A DNA stretch of 59,231 nt from a virus (Duplodnaviria > Caudoviricetes): the IMG/VR virus record IMGVR_UViG_3300050015_000289, positions 1 to 59,231 of that record; one strand, given 5' to 3'. The notes beneath the pieces are model-generated. The model was not told the origin of the DNA and did not search any database. It saw only the letters and a list, made by a program, of their open reading frames with translations. Shown here piece after piece: positions 20,301 through 28,888 of the stretch. The translations under genes were made by a program, and so were the position numbers. Position 1 is the stretch's first letter, and every line of letters begins with the position of its first letter.

Positions 20301-23300
20301 GTGGGCTGTATAAGATATATGTTTTTCCCGTCACTCTTCCCGGCTGGTATGATATTGGTCTGCAACGTGTTCATATATCTCTCGGTATATGAATTGGCAA
20401 GCTTCTCGAATCCCTTATCAGTTATACCTATAAAACTATTGGGCTTATTAAGCATATCAGACTGAAAATTGTGCCTTATATCTCCAATAAAATCTGTTAT
20501 CTTTTTAAGGCCTTCATAGGCTGCCTGTTTGACACTAATATTAGGTGATTGCATATCCATACCTATCTGGGTCAGGTCTACATCAGATGGAATGCCAGGA
20601 GCATTACCATATCTTAAAATAGTGTGCCTATCACTATCCTCATGTATGGTAACCGCAGGTCTCTGTGAAGAACCTGTATTATCAAATATACTGGTTGGCT
20701 CCATATATATAAAGTATTTAAGATAGTCTCTCAACCCTTCAGCTGAATCTATATTCTTAAGTTCATTGACCCTGGCAAATTCATTGTATTTCTTAGCCGC
20801 AACATCATTCACTCCAATATGAGCAAGTAATCCATTTTTAATGTGCTTATTGTCAGCACTTATCTCATTCACCTTCTTGGATTTTACTGGCATAGCATAA
20901 AACTTACCATTTTGAGAAGGTAATATTACAACTGGGGTCCCAGACGTTGTATCTCTTATCATGTCCAGATTAGAAATATCAGAGACCTCCTGATCTCCAA
21001 TGAACACTGAACCATTAATTACTACGCCAAAAGGCTTTTTCTCTTTAGTATCTTTTAATATATCTGGCAATGACTCACGCACCGACTGGAATCCTTTAGA
21101 ATTTGTAAGTGGATGGCCATCTGATATATCTCCAAGTTTTGTGTATAATGGATCACTATCTCCCTTTAAATATCTATCAGTTATGTCTTTTCTAACTTTG
21201 CCCATTTGAGAAACCATCTCATTGACAAAATCTACATCATTCTCTGCGATATTTTTTCTATGACCTATGCCTCCTTCGTTAAGCCAATTGTTTTCTCTTA
21301 AGAATCCTATATGATCCCCACGCTCACCGTTTTTATCAACGAGATATATGGCAATTGGTATCTCTCTCTCCTCCTTAGATGCTGAATCGGCATTGTGCAT
21401 GGAGAAAGTTTTTGCGCCACCTTCTTCTATTGCATTCCCATTTTTATCATAGTTGTACATGGCGATTCTTTCCTCGTCATGAGGGACAAGCATTACCTGA
21501 GCTCCGTTGAATACTTTTCTATTGTCAGATCCTACTAGGTATTTCTGGTTTATTTCTCCAGTACCGATCTTCTTGCCGTCTACAATGGTATACTTCTCGA
21601 CCAGATTGGCCACTGAATTAGGAGTTGTCAATAATGCTCCATTAGGTATTGCTTTCGCCTTTTCGATTATTGCATTATCATCAAAATCTTCCTTGGGTTC
21701 ATGAATAGTCTCCCTAATAGGGTCTATCTTTACCCTATTAGTGGCAGGTGCTATATCAGTGGATTTTATACTTCCCAGAAAATCAAATAGTTGAGATTTG
21801 GTAAAAGCCTCAGCGGTATTCATGTTATTAATGCCACTCTTATCTTTCATATAATCCGAAAGATCGTTATATGTGAAAGACTTATTACCAATCTTCATCT
21901 TAATATCGTTGGGATTTTCTTTTAGAGTACCAGATACCAAATCTCGTATCATCCCCATATGTGGAACGAGTCCATTAGATTCTTTCTTATCTATTGATGC
22001 AATCTGTGGTGGTGCAGTTATAGTGCCATCTTCTGAATGAGTTGTTATAGAAGGGGTAACTAGATAACCTCTATCGCCATCTTTCAATAAAGATATAGTC
22101 TTAGTATCTCCAGTTAATGTTTTTAAATCTTCTTCTGGTATATCTGAAACCTTGGATTCCAACTTATATTTATCAAACAGAGACCGCTGAATACCAGTTT
22201 CTGAATCCTTAATAGACACATTATGAATCAAATCTGCAGGTTCCTTAGGTTCTAGATCTTGGGTAAATGTTACATCGCCAATATTGGAACTTACAGTAGA
22301 AGCGCCGTTCTCATCTGGGATAGATTTTGGAGGTACGGGCAGAGTATTTTTAGACGCAGCTCTCTTCTTATCTTTCTCCTCATCTATTATCTTTTGGTCC
22401 TCTGCATCTTTTTGCGCCTGAATAGTTTTCTGGTATTCAGGTGATGTAACTGATAGAAAATTGTTGGCTAATTGTATCTCATTCAGTTTAGCTTTATCCA
22501 CCTCATCTTGTAGCGGTTTTGCCTGACTGTTAATCTTGCTTTCAGTATCTGCATCTACTATTGGATAACTCTTCCTTAGCTCAGCCTTAAAACTCTCAAG
22601 ATTGGTCTCTGACTTTGCGCGTTTCTCCACGGCATCATTGAGATCCATCTTGGAACTAAGTACTTCTGACGGGTTAAGATAGTCATTAGCCTTAGACTCG
22701 TCTCCAGCTTTTTTAACCTTATTTACCACGTCAAGAGCTAACTTTGCCCTATCTATACTATCCTGTACTATATTTATTGGTTTTCCGGATACTTCGCTTT
22801 CTTTTTTAGCATCTAACTTAGAGATATCTGTGAGCGTAGAAATTTCACCTTCTAATGTATTATCGTTGTAAGATATTTTTGCCAGATCTGTTATACTTTT
22901 ATTGTCAACATCTGCATGTTCCCCTTCCGAAGAAGCTGACTGCTTCCCTTGGAACATCTCATCCATAATCTTTGACTTCCCATATATACTATCTACTAAA
23001 TCTGGAGCCTTTGGATTAATCTTTTTTATGGCATTTTTCATATCTCCATATGTGGACATTGCCTTATCCTTAACAGAGCCCATCATACCCTTAACGGCCT
23101 GAAAAGCATGAGACTGAATAAGTCCCGTCTGTACACCGCCAGCAAGACCACCCCAGAACATTGATTCTAATCCCTGAGGATCAGTGAAATGACCGATGAT
23201 ACGCTCTGGATCTATGCTATAATTATCTCCATCTTGTGCCTGTCGCATAGCCTCCATATCAGAGGCATGATACATACCCATCTCTAATGCCTGCTGACCA

Positions 23301-24310
23301 GTTTCCCCAACGATTGCCCTGCCTATACCGCCATAATTTTTCATTATGGCTGCATTAGCCTTAGTGAACATACCAGAAGATGTAAAATTAACAAGCATAT
23401 TAAGCCTGTTAAGATTGATATTTAGCGCTGCAGCATCGGCAGCCTTCTGTTTAGCCGTTTCATCATCATCACCTTCTGCCAACTTCATGTCGTACACGTT
23501 CTTATATATTCCAGAGGCAGACTGTATCGAGAATGCCTGGTTCATTGCCAAGGTATTGACGGCAGTGGTCATCTTGCTCATTAACGGTATATGTTTTTCA
23601 ACCAGACCTTGAATAAATGCAGGAGCATCTTCTGATGCAAGTTTACCAGCTTCTACCAGCTTATTTGCCTTTGTGTTAAAGGCTTTCAGCACCCATGGAG
23701 CTATTTCTCCATCTCCTAATGTTTGTGCTAATTTACCCAATATCCCTCCAGTGATAAGGCCAGTAAGAGCAAAACTTCCAGCCATATTAACTAGATTAGA
23801 TGCATTTTCCATCCACCAACCAGAGTTTCCAATATCGAATGTCTTATCTGGATTTGTTCTATATATGGGAAACAACTTATTTGTTTCTTCCTGAAAATCT
23901 TGTGCCCATCTTGACACAGCATTTCCAACTTCATGGTCCACATTAAGATAATCCTCAACATCGCCAATAGCCGCTAAATTACCCAAAGTTCCAGCTAATA
24001 TATCTGGTATTGCTCTTGCGGCTATATTACCTATCTGCTGGGCAACTGGTTGATTTTGCGCCCTTACCTGATTGATATTGGTTCCAGCCGTTATCTGTTG
24101 AGGATTACTTATGTACGAACTATACATACCAGCCTCATCAACATTGGATTTATTTTCTGGTCCAAGATTCATGGTTCTCTTTGACGGATCTTCTGCAAAT
24201 GCAGGAACATATAGAGAATTGCTATCCTGCTGAGGAGTAGACAATATATTCCTATTCTCGTTTTGAGCCTGTTTGTTTTGCTTATATAAAATATCTAGTG
24301 GATCTGGCAT
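11393..24310 (-). CDS. Virion-packaged DNA-dependent RNA polymerase of crAss-like phages, with accessory domains (zincin HExxH, DUF4326-like, permuted histidine phosphatase)
   Basis: 4305 aa; GFRIPNQ..QMGSDFDIDKLY (DFDIDK at 15998-16015); YVKSAEMPL; N-terminal hydrophobic Gly/Ala helices; AHEISH near 13150. Confidence 0.92.
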   Translation of the reverse strand: MPDPLDILYKQNKQAQNENRNILSTPQQDSNSLYVPAFAEDPSKRTMNLGPENKSNVDEAGMYSSYISNPQQITAGTNINQVRAQNQPVAQQIGNIAARAIPDILAGTLGNLAAIGDVEDYLNVDHEVGNAVSRWAQDFQEETNKLFPIYRTNPDKTFDIGNSGWWMENASNLVNMAGSFALTGLITGGILGKLAQTLGDGEIAPWVLKAFNTKANKLVEAGKLASEDAPAFIQGLVEKHIPLMSKMTTAVNTLAMNQAFSIQSASGIYKNVYDMKLAEGDDDETAKQKAADAAALNINLNRLNMLVNFTSSGMFTKANAAIMKNYGGIGRAIVGETGQQALEMGMYHASDMEAMRQAQDGDNYSIDPERIIGHFTDPQGLESMFWGGLAGGVQTGLIQSHAFQAVKGMMGSVKDKAMSTYGDMKNAIKKINPKAPDLVDSIYGKSKIMDEMFQGKQSASSEGEHADVDNKSITDLAKISYNDNTLEGEISTLTDISKLDAKKESEVSGKPINIVQDSIDRAKLALDVVNKVKKAGDESKANDYLNPSEVLSSKMDLNDAVEKRAKSETNLESFKAELRKSYPIVDADTESKINSQAKPLQDEVDKAKLNEIQLANNFLSVTSPEYQKTIQAQKDAEDQKIIDEEKDKKRAASKNTLPVPPKSIPDENGASTVSSNIGDVTFTQDLEPKEPADLIHNVSIKDSETGIQRSLFDKYKLESKVSDIPEEDLKTLTGDTKTISLLKDGDRGYLVTPSITTHSEDGTITAPPQIASIDKKESNGLVPHMGMIRDLVSGTLKENPNDIKMKIGNKSFTYNDLSDYMKDKSGINNMNTAEAFTKSQLFDFLGSIKSTDIAPATNRVKIDPIRETIHEPKEDFDDNAIIEKAKAIPNGALLTTPNSVANLVEKYTIVDGKKIGTGEINQKYLVGSDNRKVFNGAQVMLVPHDEERIAMYNYDKNGNAIEEGGAKTFSMHNADSASKEEREIPIAIYLVDKNGERGDHIGFLRENNWLNEGGIGHRKNIAENDVDFVNEMVSQMGKVRKDITDRYLKGDSDPLYTKLGDISDGHPLTNSKGFQSVRESLPDILKDTKEKKPFGVVINGSVFIGDQEVSDISNLDMIRDTTSGTPVVILPSQNGKFYAMPVKSKKVNEISADNKHIKNGLLAHIGVNDVAAKKYNEFARVNELKNIDSAEGLRDYLKYFIYMEPTSIFDNTGSSQRPAVTIHEDSDRHTILRYGNAPGIPSDVDLTQIGMDMQSPNISVKQAAYEGLKKITDFIGDIRHNFQSDMLNKPNSFIGITDKGFEKLANSYTERYMNTLQTNIIPAGKSDGKNIYLIQPTISIDTDISKGSKAIIAPKVEEVKPTEPPKYASNVAESKEISSRVEAPKVESAIPAKRVFTKREVPGGGAELQRSDIGDKLPSISIETAQKIRNSDSDYIIRTSDNKMLSTSEEDAGAGSILTNFSDKMMKNDGSINVNQTLRDAYNSLSGYYNTLIDDYNNESASQSFRDLAESRIDSLDRILDKDAWNKIAKNTINRMQEMGISIDKNGLRDINNSEQFIKAPEDEYSDSTDRIELESGKMEGEDWNNNAVFSLDPMDTSSKTIKMLMWSLRDPSGDAIGLAQMVDPEKAYEQVLNIASQSSDRTAKGLIQSLDDEASSMERGGFGGNIFRQLHDKISNADLQTQIQFASTMNKNRNMFVTNGWDSRFGKLITFDSETKRADRVVLNEWKSKIANTLYRNKEYQGKLFEDAGSILQGAREFAKANAKMNPDKLNAKLGEYIKDALDTLGIKLADQSYSFLNDPKSYNKRQGYSFNGGKSLAAQFRMDGTKPLGIFSAMENAFKHIEKDDTIDTVFDKLNQSALSFLSKIEAKSSKKYIANSSIGVDGNTHYNFGIPTAQTIKAGRLLSDQGFVNALRGESTIYTKHASWLKDKNLGTSNNTPFKDMFKIGYKDGMTKLGSPKSTTRKAMSLSESLLSQITDFQNNGKNNMFTWDTTKSDKPITTVFNQPRNGLEPGVVISGVDGKPIVNRENLIKSDILDDAFGIVRGETERILSTMLLTTEERNQLRNEFSTHYDNNGQFFYGYKFLNRMFKFDNDHNMVPDHMIEVDVDGRKTKVKTSDFLTLSDPRNEKFLKGKIADWFIGKAKDDIQFWGDNDLIFRDSKGKITKMPVNSEYAKLNGLGKYEIDPETRQPFMTYKDKDKALLHLALDMNLNSQIGIHNSMMLISGDPAIMNKSVKTFIGGAKDKYGTENNLHIELGIDKAMAEYQKRLASDIAPSRSAVTDVTLSDGTKLPSKYRVIFTSDMNTDGKKYLESISKSLHLTADQVTSKGSDALEFISFPHKLDALLRDGAIDEKQYLDLKSKYNKGPLSSDDIKTLILGAGKPVQVPQKFVNVNGKLFSKNIYVKSAEMPLLKQMTSTLNGQLDAMRQSMEDNNIDRVIHLSAAKYGAENLISIYDKSGNILPKTELGKLFKNNGSEMDWAGFGYQQDQPYDAEKQKSPLVTQADKTLFSGFTDKTFNYKGEQVSGAILDDRKNSIRTQLSNFEEEGVDKDMGFSNDYPDVIGGEKFDKNKILDDIEKNASIRKWSPNAVLGLKNAIKGDVPLMMSSMAPKLETAIYTKYSDRAIKQDQPGGSGVQLPSLGKGVEGLTGDRINDINGIIKTKEYDPDKGLQMSESKGGKIMQIMVPFKFWDQMGNILSAKEFYDPDTKLLNINKVPEELLRIAGFRIPNQLHSSMTMAKIVGFLPAWYGDSCIVPPEITTQMGSDFDIDKLYMYWRNSFLTKDGKLTSIPSNIIGFDKDNNLDVKKIALAEWRYGVFGDKIENKKALQDKLDEYQRLEDLSKAVAQKIAPEKVGEEATVKRSEAEDFLDTEISDSENTQFALEDLGITKEDTQFPSMKTLTKKALQDSYFEMFDSVLSDPEVIEKSLTPLERPDLTDLANEVTSKRPKREYGDYIRQAQDYMDQAASRSGRAIFAKALPALANMEGKDIKMVKYDNDSDKYLPDTISKFKDSEGNQLDLYKINPLAKSVYVDPNGEKNNRTGIENLSIQLSGMVDNANKPVAAPNNLNSNTFNVSAMLSSLSDGHGNGVALDTNTRFLRQPGIKMLSELITKSKDTLATFDESANSDVREAMQATIDKLKTHFHGDMDELNKYVDSIARESYSPSDLLELEQTPFADRGSKEYLGKQIDLVKTFADLNDKAWLYSNATDATNIDPKGLGINYYENQNLLSRVAKAVNSPQLQNAGKLWSRDGSMRVYKNDKNQYWTKIDPIDKMTASGNNIRIAIEKHNALGKLMGYDSSFLNDAIASIESTKGLTNGDMNKAIAKGRKNISNGYKSFIYSKLPFLGENPYKNLVENHSLANELIDLKKDPNLRNNLFIQTDQTDTSLKYLQMDSRVQDGSSSASIIRGFLELATSENPRYRDYAENRIRYEYMTGGIQGRTSALKYIDSNIIEALGINRQIKNVMNEARITYDHPEFREKYFQNNPDEATFIKGLESRLSKDKETKEIYAKIIVDPKSKYYAGDDIVSKLVTKTADGDDIKYKDYVRMVKNGITTLFKLDNERFDDGSIRYNQIPLRGAESVSTIGKPMFSDYSKPYMEDIKPTIGSVDPIVPEIPATPKASDRMMKTIPDNSTVSGINNFLRESKSPILNWLGNIVDQLPESTSKTGITYKDASPDGSSSAEYDFKKNKIIIYKKEMSDLINKYGLDHAHETLAHEISHSIEHEAYKAGKNGDPKFKEVYDNVNSIFADAKEGLKDRPVVSVTDGGTFTLDNDPSKTIIYDQKLFDSVKNKGAEAVAREIYPKDMDKRNDLKLSLYSFSNPEEFMADLNSRPKLQSLMETVNISPETAGKLSTENNKSILRAFLDHFAGFFSKMHNLFAGDKNSQELIPKNVLEARFINSMILVDKMKGKPVVNSNNEESERLKNMPFGPAVVDKSLSWGQIKDMPVYSEAGVNVMRKQGTDEHFGNPFTANPQLTSLIQMENIPDAVQAYKDWLHHGSGFFGFEGGENRLSVKEYDKLRDQDDQLSWIQSQISQGKLDNQKLLYMKDKGEYYSHADALRDIVNGEDRNNLFSPNIESNRPHIEVDNSFKTLNLNDLAGTEQSKSKVKEVDNIIINHPEENIHGGESFNDFSNRVLEGIGRTIKTAPDSTVIVTHNTVFGLIHLWDEMHRPDELSKEFREEYVKQDSHPSDSFVIKGDNGEIRIARHGETEDNVNGNFRSDDTPLTPSGLKQARDMGKNISNISNIITSDLPRAIRTADILANSKTSIDLPGTVTDLLRGTEKDATFAFRDAIAKGLFKTKC

Positions 24311-24321
24311 GTGTTTTTTAT

Positions 24322-26016
24322 TTATTTTTGAGATTCTTTCATAATAGCAGGTTGAACTACCTCGTAATATCTTTTCATTAAATTTACCGCATTCGCGATG
24401 GCTAATGTGTTAGGATCATTCGGGTTGGTACCGCCCAATAACTCCTCTTTCGTAAAAAGGTTTGCAGCACTTATTGCATGCTTATATGGAACGCGAACAT
24501 ATACAGTCTTATCCTTAACCTCGTTTTTAACTTTACCAGACTTATCATCGTAAGATAAACCTAACTCCATTACTGGTGCTCCATGTCCAAGATTTATGTT
24601 TAACCCTTTGAATGATATCTTGCGATTAGACGATTTGTCAGATAAAAATGTTCCATCTTCATTTGATTTTCCTATGGCATCAATATCTGTTTGGTTTGCT
24701 CCGCCCCATTGAGCATCATTATTCCCAAGGTTTGGGTACTCGCTTAATATATTATCTCCAATAGCCTCTGAGTAGTTGTTTATATATTTTTTCATATCTT
24801 CGCCTCCCTTGGCAGCACCTACCCAGTCCGGAGATATATTCAATGAGTTTTTCCAATCCTTGGATTCTTCTGCATATTTCAGAACATTATCCTTTATATC
24901 TTGTAGACTTTGAATATTATCTGGCATAATAATTCTACGCATACCAACTGCACTTCTATTCGGGGCCAATCTACCAGCCACTAATGCATTAGATGGTCCC
25001 ATGGGATTACTAGCCTTCCATTCGTCTATATTTTTATCTATATCACTCAATGTCTTGAATCTACCACCAGTTAGAGATGAAACCCTAGAATCCACATCTC
25101 TTAATAATTCGGGAGAATTTTTCAATAAACTTTCTGTTGAACCCACTTGCATGTTAGACACTTCTGTTGGATTGATCGTGGCCAAAGTAGGTTTTTGCAT
25201 TGGAACGTTTCCATGTAGATAGTTTTTCAATATCTCACCAGGAAGTGACTTGCGCTCAATACCACCGACAACAGATGAGAAAATTCCACTTCTAATTGTA
25301 TTTAGTACATCTGGATTGGCATCTTTTACGCCGTGAGACTGTGCAATCTCCTGAGTCCTAGCGTCAACCCAATTTCTGAATTTAGGATCATTTTGATATG
25401 CCACTGGAACTTCATCTGCATTTTTAAACCCTTTGACAGTGTTTAGTTCCCCAGTTTTAATATCTACCCAAGATTTAGTAGGATCATTGGGGTCAACACT
25501 CTCCGCCCATTGCTTGCCATTGATCATCCCCTGTGTTAGCAATTCTTTTCTGTCTACTATTTGATATGGATTTAGGATCTTACCATTTTTATTCCACTGA
25601 TCAAAAGACTGATCTAGCGGAGACTGCCCCATAACAATCTTATCATTGTTAGACTTATCTTTCAGCATCTGTGAATATTGTTCCTGCCGTTGTTTGGCGA
25701 ACTCCTGCATAGGAACTACCTGTTGGATATATGTCTGTCTAAGCCCTCGTAATTGATCCAGCAATTGTGGAGAACTACCCTGACTGGCAAGTTTACCCAT
25801 TATATTCTGAGATTTATCTTCGAAATCCTGAGCAGTATTAGCCTTATCTCCAAGCATAGACTTAAGAGACATATTAGATTCATTCATAGCATCAATCTGA
25901 GCCTGAGCTTCTTTATCTCTGGCATACATCTGCTGTGGAATAAATGATGCTTCCTGCATTGATGTGGGAGTGAATTCAGCAACTGGTGCCTGTCCCCAAA
26001 ATCTATTTACTGCCAT
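24322..26016 (-). CDS. Virion cargo/ejection protein upstream of the RNAP
   Basis: 564 aa; N-terminus MAVNRFW..FTPTS followed by a coiled coil; synteny with crAss-like cargo genes; has its own promoter. Confidence 0.6.
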   Translation of the reverse strand: MAVNRFWGQAPVAEFTPTSMQEASFIPQQMYARDKEAQAQIDAMNESNMSLKSMLGDKANTAQDFEDKSQNIMGKLASQGSSPQLLDQLRGLRQTYIQQVVPMQEFAKQRQEQYSQMLKDKSNNDKIVMGQSPLDQSFDQWNKNGKILNPYQIVDRKELLTQGMINGKQWAESVDPNDPTKSWVDIKTGELNTVKGFKNADEVPVAYQNDPKFRNWVDARTQEIAQSHGVKDANPDVLNTIRSGIFSSVVGGIERKSLPGEILKNYLHGNVPMQKPTLATINPTEVSNMQVGSTESLLKNSPELLRDVDSRVSSLTGGRFKTLSDIDKNIDEWKASNPMGPSNALVAGRLAPNRSAVGMRRIIMPDNIQSLQDIKDNVLKYAEESKDWKNSLNISPDWVGAAKGGEDMKKYINNYSEAIGDNILSEYPNLGNNDAQWGGANQTDIDAIGKSNEDGTFLSDKSSNRKISFKGLNINLGHGAPVMELGLSYDDKSGKVKNEVKDKTVYVRVPYKHAISAANLFTKEELLGGTNPNDPNTLAIANAVNLMKRYYEVVQPAIMKESQK

Positions 26017-26032
26017 AATTATTTATTTTTCA

Positions 26033-26064
26033 CAAAAGTACATAATTTTTCTCACTTTGCCAAA
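26033..26064 (-). promoter_or_regulatory. Bacteroidota primary-sigma promoter
   Basis: TTTG-N20-TACTTTTG; full match to TTTG-N19-21-TAnnTTTG, 16 nt upstream of the ATG. Confidence 0.8.
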
Positions 26065-28878
26065 TTAGTCCTGACCGTAGTATCCAAATCCACCACTAGT
26101 AGTTGTTGGTGAAGGCTTCTTATCTTTCCTTGCATTCTGCCTTTTAGCTTTTGCCATCTCAGCTGGAGTGAATAGATTACTATTAAATTTAGCGGCCTCC
26201 TGACCTGGAACTATTTTCTTCCCAGTTTTAGGGTCATAACCATAAAAAGCTGCGATAAGCTTACCGTTACGTTCCTGTTTTGATAACTGTCCTAATCCAG
26301 ACATTGAAGCTGCTAAAGACTGCATCCTTGCTTGATCTCTTGCGGCCAGATCCTGTTGATTGAAGATCTGATTTTCCCTGGAAAGTTCTGCAGCATGAGT
26401 CTTCTGGCCAAGGTTAGTTCTATTTGCTGCATCTACAGAAGATGCGTTAAACTTATCTGCCTCACCTTTTAGCATTGCATTCTTAGTATAGATATCATTC
26501 AGAGCTTCGCTAGAACCTTTTGCGCCTGACAAAGCTAACCCAGTCAAACCACTACGCATTGCAGCAGCAGACCCACCAGTCATGCCAGAAAGAGCATTTA
26601 CATTTCCACGATACTGACTATTAACAGCCTCCTGAGTTGGAGATACAGATAACTGTTGTGGAGATATCTGAGCAGCATTCATCGTAGGTAGCGAAACATT
26701 TGCAGGTAATGGTCTTCCTTTTCTTGCGAATGCACCAGATAAAGCGTTAAATGCAATTGGCGCATATTGAAGAAGGCTATTTATATCAGTCTTATTCTCG
26801 TTAGGATTAAAATTTGCCATCACATCCCTAGCAAATGTACTATTCCTTAATCCTTCTGTATTGTTAAATGGTTTTGCGTTCGCATCCCATCGTGTTCCAA
26901 TTTTAGACGTGGAATCTGCGACAGTGTTACCGGTGGATGTTGATGCACCCATAGGAAGTCCAGTCATGGTATTAATAGTAGGCAACTTTTGATCTGCCTG
27001 CTTTTGTGTTTCAGTAACGTTAGGCGTTGACGATGGACTCCCAAATACCTTAGAATAAGTAGACCATTCCTTCCATCCATTTCCCTTTCCCCTACTTGCT
27101 TCTGCCTGATGATAAATATCAGAAGCATATTTTATGTTTGCCTCTGGATCATATGGATCTGGCCCGTATTTTAGCATATTCCAAGGATGATACTTGTCAT
27201 TTATTTGGAATAACCCACGGTCGAAACCATCCTTATTGTGACCTATGGCATATGGATTTCCTTCTGACTCAGCATTCATTATTTTGTATGCGTTTCCTGC
27301 TTCATCACCAAAATATTTTTGAATCAGGTTATAATATTTTCTGTTGTTTCCAGTATCCGTGCCCTGCATCCTAAATCCATTTGTAGTATCATATGGCATA
27401 TTTGTGGGTGTTATTGCCGGTACAGATATGTTAGGAATAGTTTCCTGATTAATATCGACTTGTTTATTTTGATTAGGCAGGAGATCGGTTCTCATTGGTC
27501 CGAATCCAGTCATAGTTGTATGATATCCAATATTCCTTCCTGGATTTAGCATATCTAATTGTCCGCTATTTGTATTTAATCCATCGTATTTAATTCCACC
27601 ATTAGCGTATATCACAGACCCCTGATTACCAAATGTTCCAGGAGCGATAAGACCGCCAACTTGAAATCTGTTCCCAACAGTTTGTTCTCTGCCCAATTCT
27701 CCACCATCCTCGTGCTTCCATTTCGCAGCATTTCGTGCGAAATTTGCCATCTGCCGTACGTGTGGATCGCTACTTTTCAATGCTTCTGCGGTAGTATTAC
27801 CTGTACGTTTTTTATATTCGGTAAATCGTCCTTCGTGAGACTTTTTGATATGAATATCGCCACCGCTACCAAACTGATTCAATTCCCCTCCTTCTTCAAA
27901 CCCATAGTGACTTGCACCTGGGACGTCTTTTATCATTGGTTTATATAGTAATGACCTGGGGCCATCATAGTTATATCCTTTGCCATATTCCTTAGTGCCT
28001 AGTACGTCTGGATTAACTCCTAACCCAATACCCATATTCACATAATTTTGAATAGCACTTTTGCTCTCAGGGGTTGTCTTGATCTCTGGAAGTTGCATGC
28101 CAGTGGTTCTAAGGGAGTCTACGGTATGATTTAGGTTGCTATTGTTGAAATATGGATTTAAATCCGTTCTCTGAGCAAAAGATTTGAATTCTGGATATTG
28201 TTCAAAAGCCTGTTGCCTTACTGGATTTATCACTCTCTGCATATTAGCAGAAAGAGAGTCTAGTCTAGCATCCTGTTCTGGTGTAGAATTAAAACTTACA
28301 CCTGGACCTCCAGATATAACGTTACCCCTAGAAAGATCTCCACCAATAGGAAAACTAGAACCACCAATTCCACCCTGCAGGGCTAGACCATCCAGAATAG
28401 ACATCTGACCACCCGGTTCATAACTCCTAATCTGTTCCAGTTGGGCATCAGAAATGTTTAATGGATGTATATTACCACCATAGGCATACTCAGATTTTTC
28501 ATCTGATAGACCACTCTCTATCAGCCCCTTATAATATGATTCATCTTGTCTATTAGGATTTATCTTAAAATCTTCAAGATGATCTGTGGCTATAGACTTG
28601 GCAAATTTATTCAATGACGGGAATTTACCCTTTTCCTTGTAATATTTTTTTATGAAGTCTAAAGTAGATTTATGTTCCTTTTCCACGGTGATCCCATCTT
28701 TCATCTCTCTATCCATAGTAACATCTCCGCCATATGCCATAGCATTAGGATTCTGCAACTGTTGTTCATGGGCAAACTGTTCCCTACGAAGAGCATCAAG
28801 CTCCTGCATAGCAGCTTTTTTATCCTTACCATGTTTGGCAACAATCTGTTTAGCCCTTTGAGCAAAATTAGTATTCAT
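26065..28878 (-). CDS. Modular virion cargo protein with a DUF5661-like module and a lytic transglycosylase (SLT/lysozyme-like) domain
   Basis: GITVEKEH..IATDHLE..YYKGL (about 28500-28716); IMNAESEGNPYA..DRGLFQIN..DPEANIKYA..GWKEWSTY (about 27050-27340); repeated Phi-x-x-GG motifs. Confidence 0.75.
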   Translation of the reverse strand: MNTNFAQRAKQIVAKHGKDKKAAMQELDALRREQFAHEQQLQNPNAMAYGGDVTMDREMKDGITVEKEHKSTLDFIKKYYKEKGKFPSLNKFAKSIATDHLEDFKINPNRQDESYYKGLIESGLSDEKSEYAYGGNIHPLNISDAQLEQIRSYEPGGQMSILDGLALQGGIGGSSFPIGGDLSRGNVISGGPGVSFNSTPEQDARLDSLSANMQRVINPVRQQAFEQYPEFKSFAQRTDLNPYFNNSNLNHTVDSLRTTGMQLPEIKTTPESKSAIQNYVNMGIGLGVNPDVLGTKEYGKGYNYDGPRSLLYKPMIKDVPGASHYGFEEGGELNQFGSGGDIHIKKSHEGRFTEYKKRTGNTTAEALKSSDPHVRQMANFARNAAKWKHEDGGELGREQTVGNRFQVGGLIAPGTFGNQGSVIYANGGIKYDGLNTNSGQLDMLNPGRNIGYHTTMTGFGPMRTDLLPNQNKQVDINQETIPNISVPAITPTNMPYDTTNGFRMQGTDTGNNRKYYNLIQKYFGDEAGNAYKIMNAESEGNPYAIGHNKDGFDRGLFQINDKYHPWNMLKYGPDPYDPEANIKYASDIYHQAEASRGKGNGWKEWSTYSKVFGSPSSTPNVTETQKQADQKLPTINTMTGLPMGASTSTGNTVADSTSKIGTRWDANAKPFNNTEGLRNSTFARDVMANFNPNENKTDINSLLQYAPIAFNALSGAFARKGRPLPANVSLPTMNAAQISPQQLSVSPTQEAVNSQYRGNVNALSGMTGGSAAAMRSGLTGLALSGAKGSSEALNDIYTKNAMLKGEADKFNASSVDAANRTNLGQKTHAAELSRENQIFNQQDLAARDQARMQSLAASMSGLGQLSKQERNGKLIAAFYGYDPKTGKKIVPGQEAAKFNSNLFTPAEMAKAKRQNARKDKKPSPTTTSGGFGYYGQD

Positions 28879-28888
28879 AGTATCTTAA

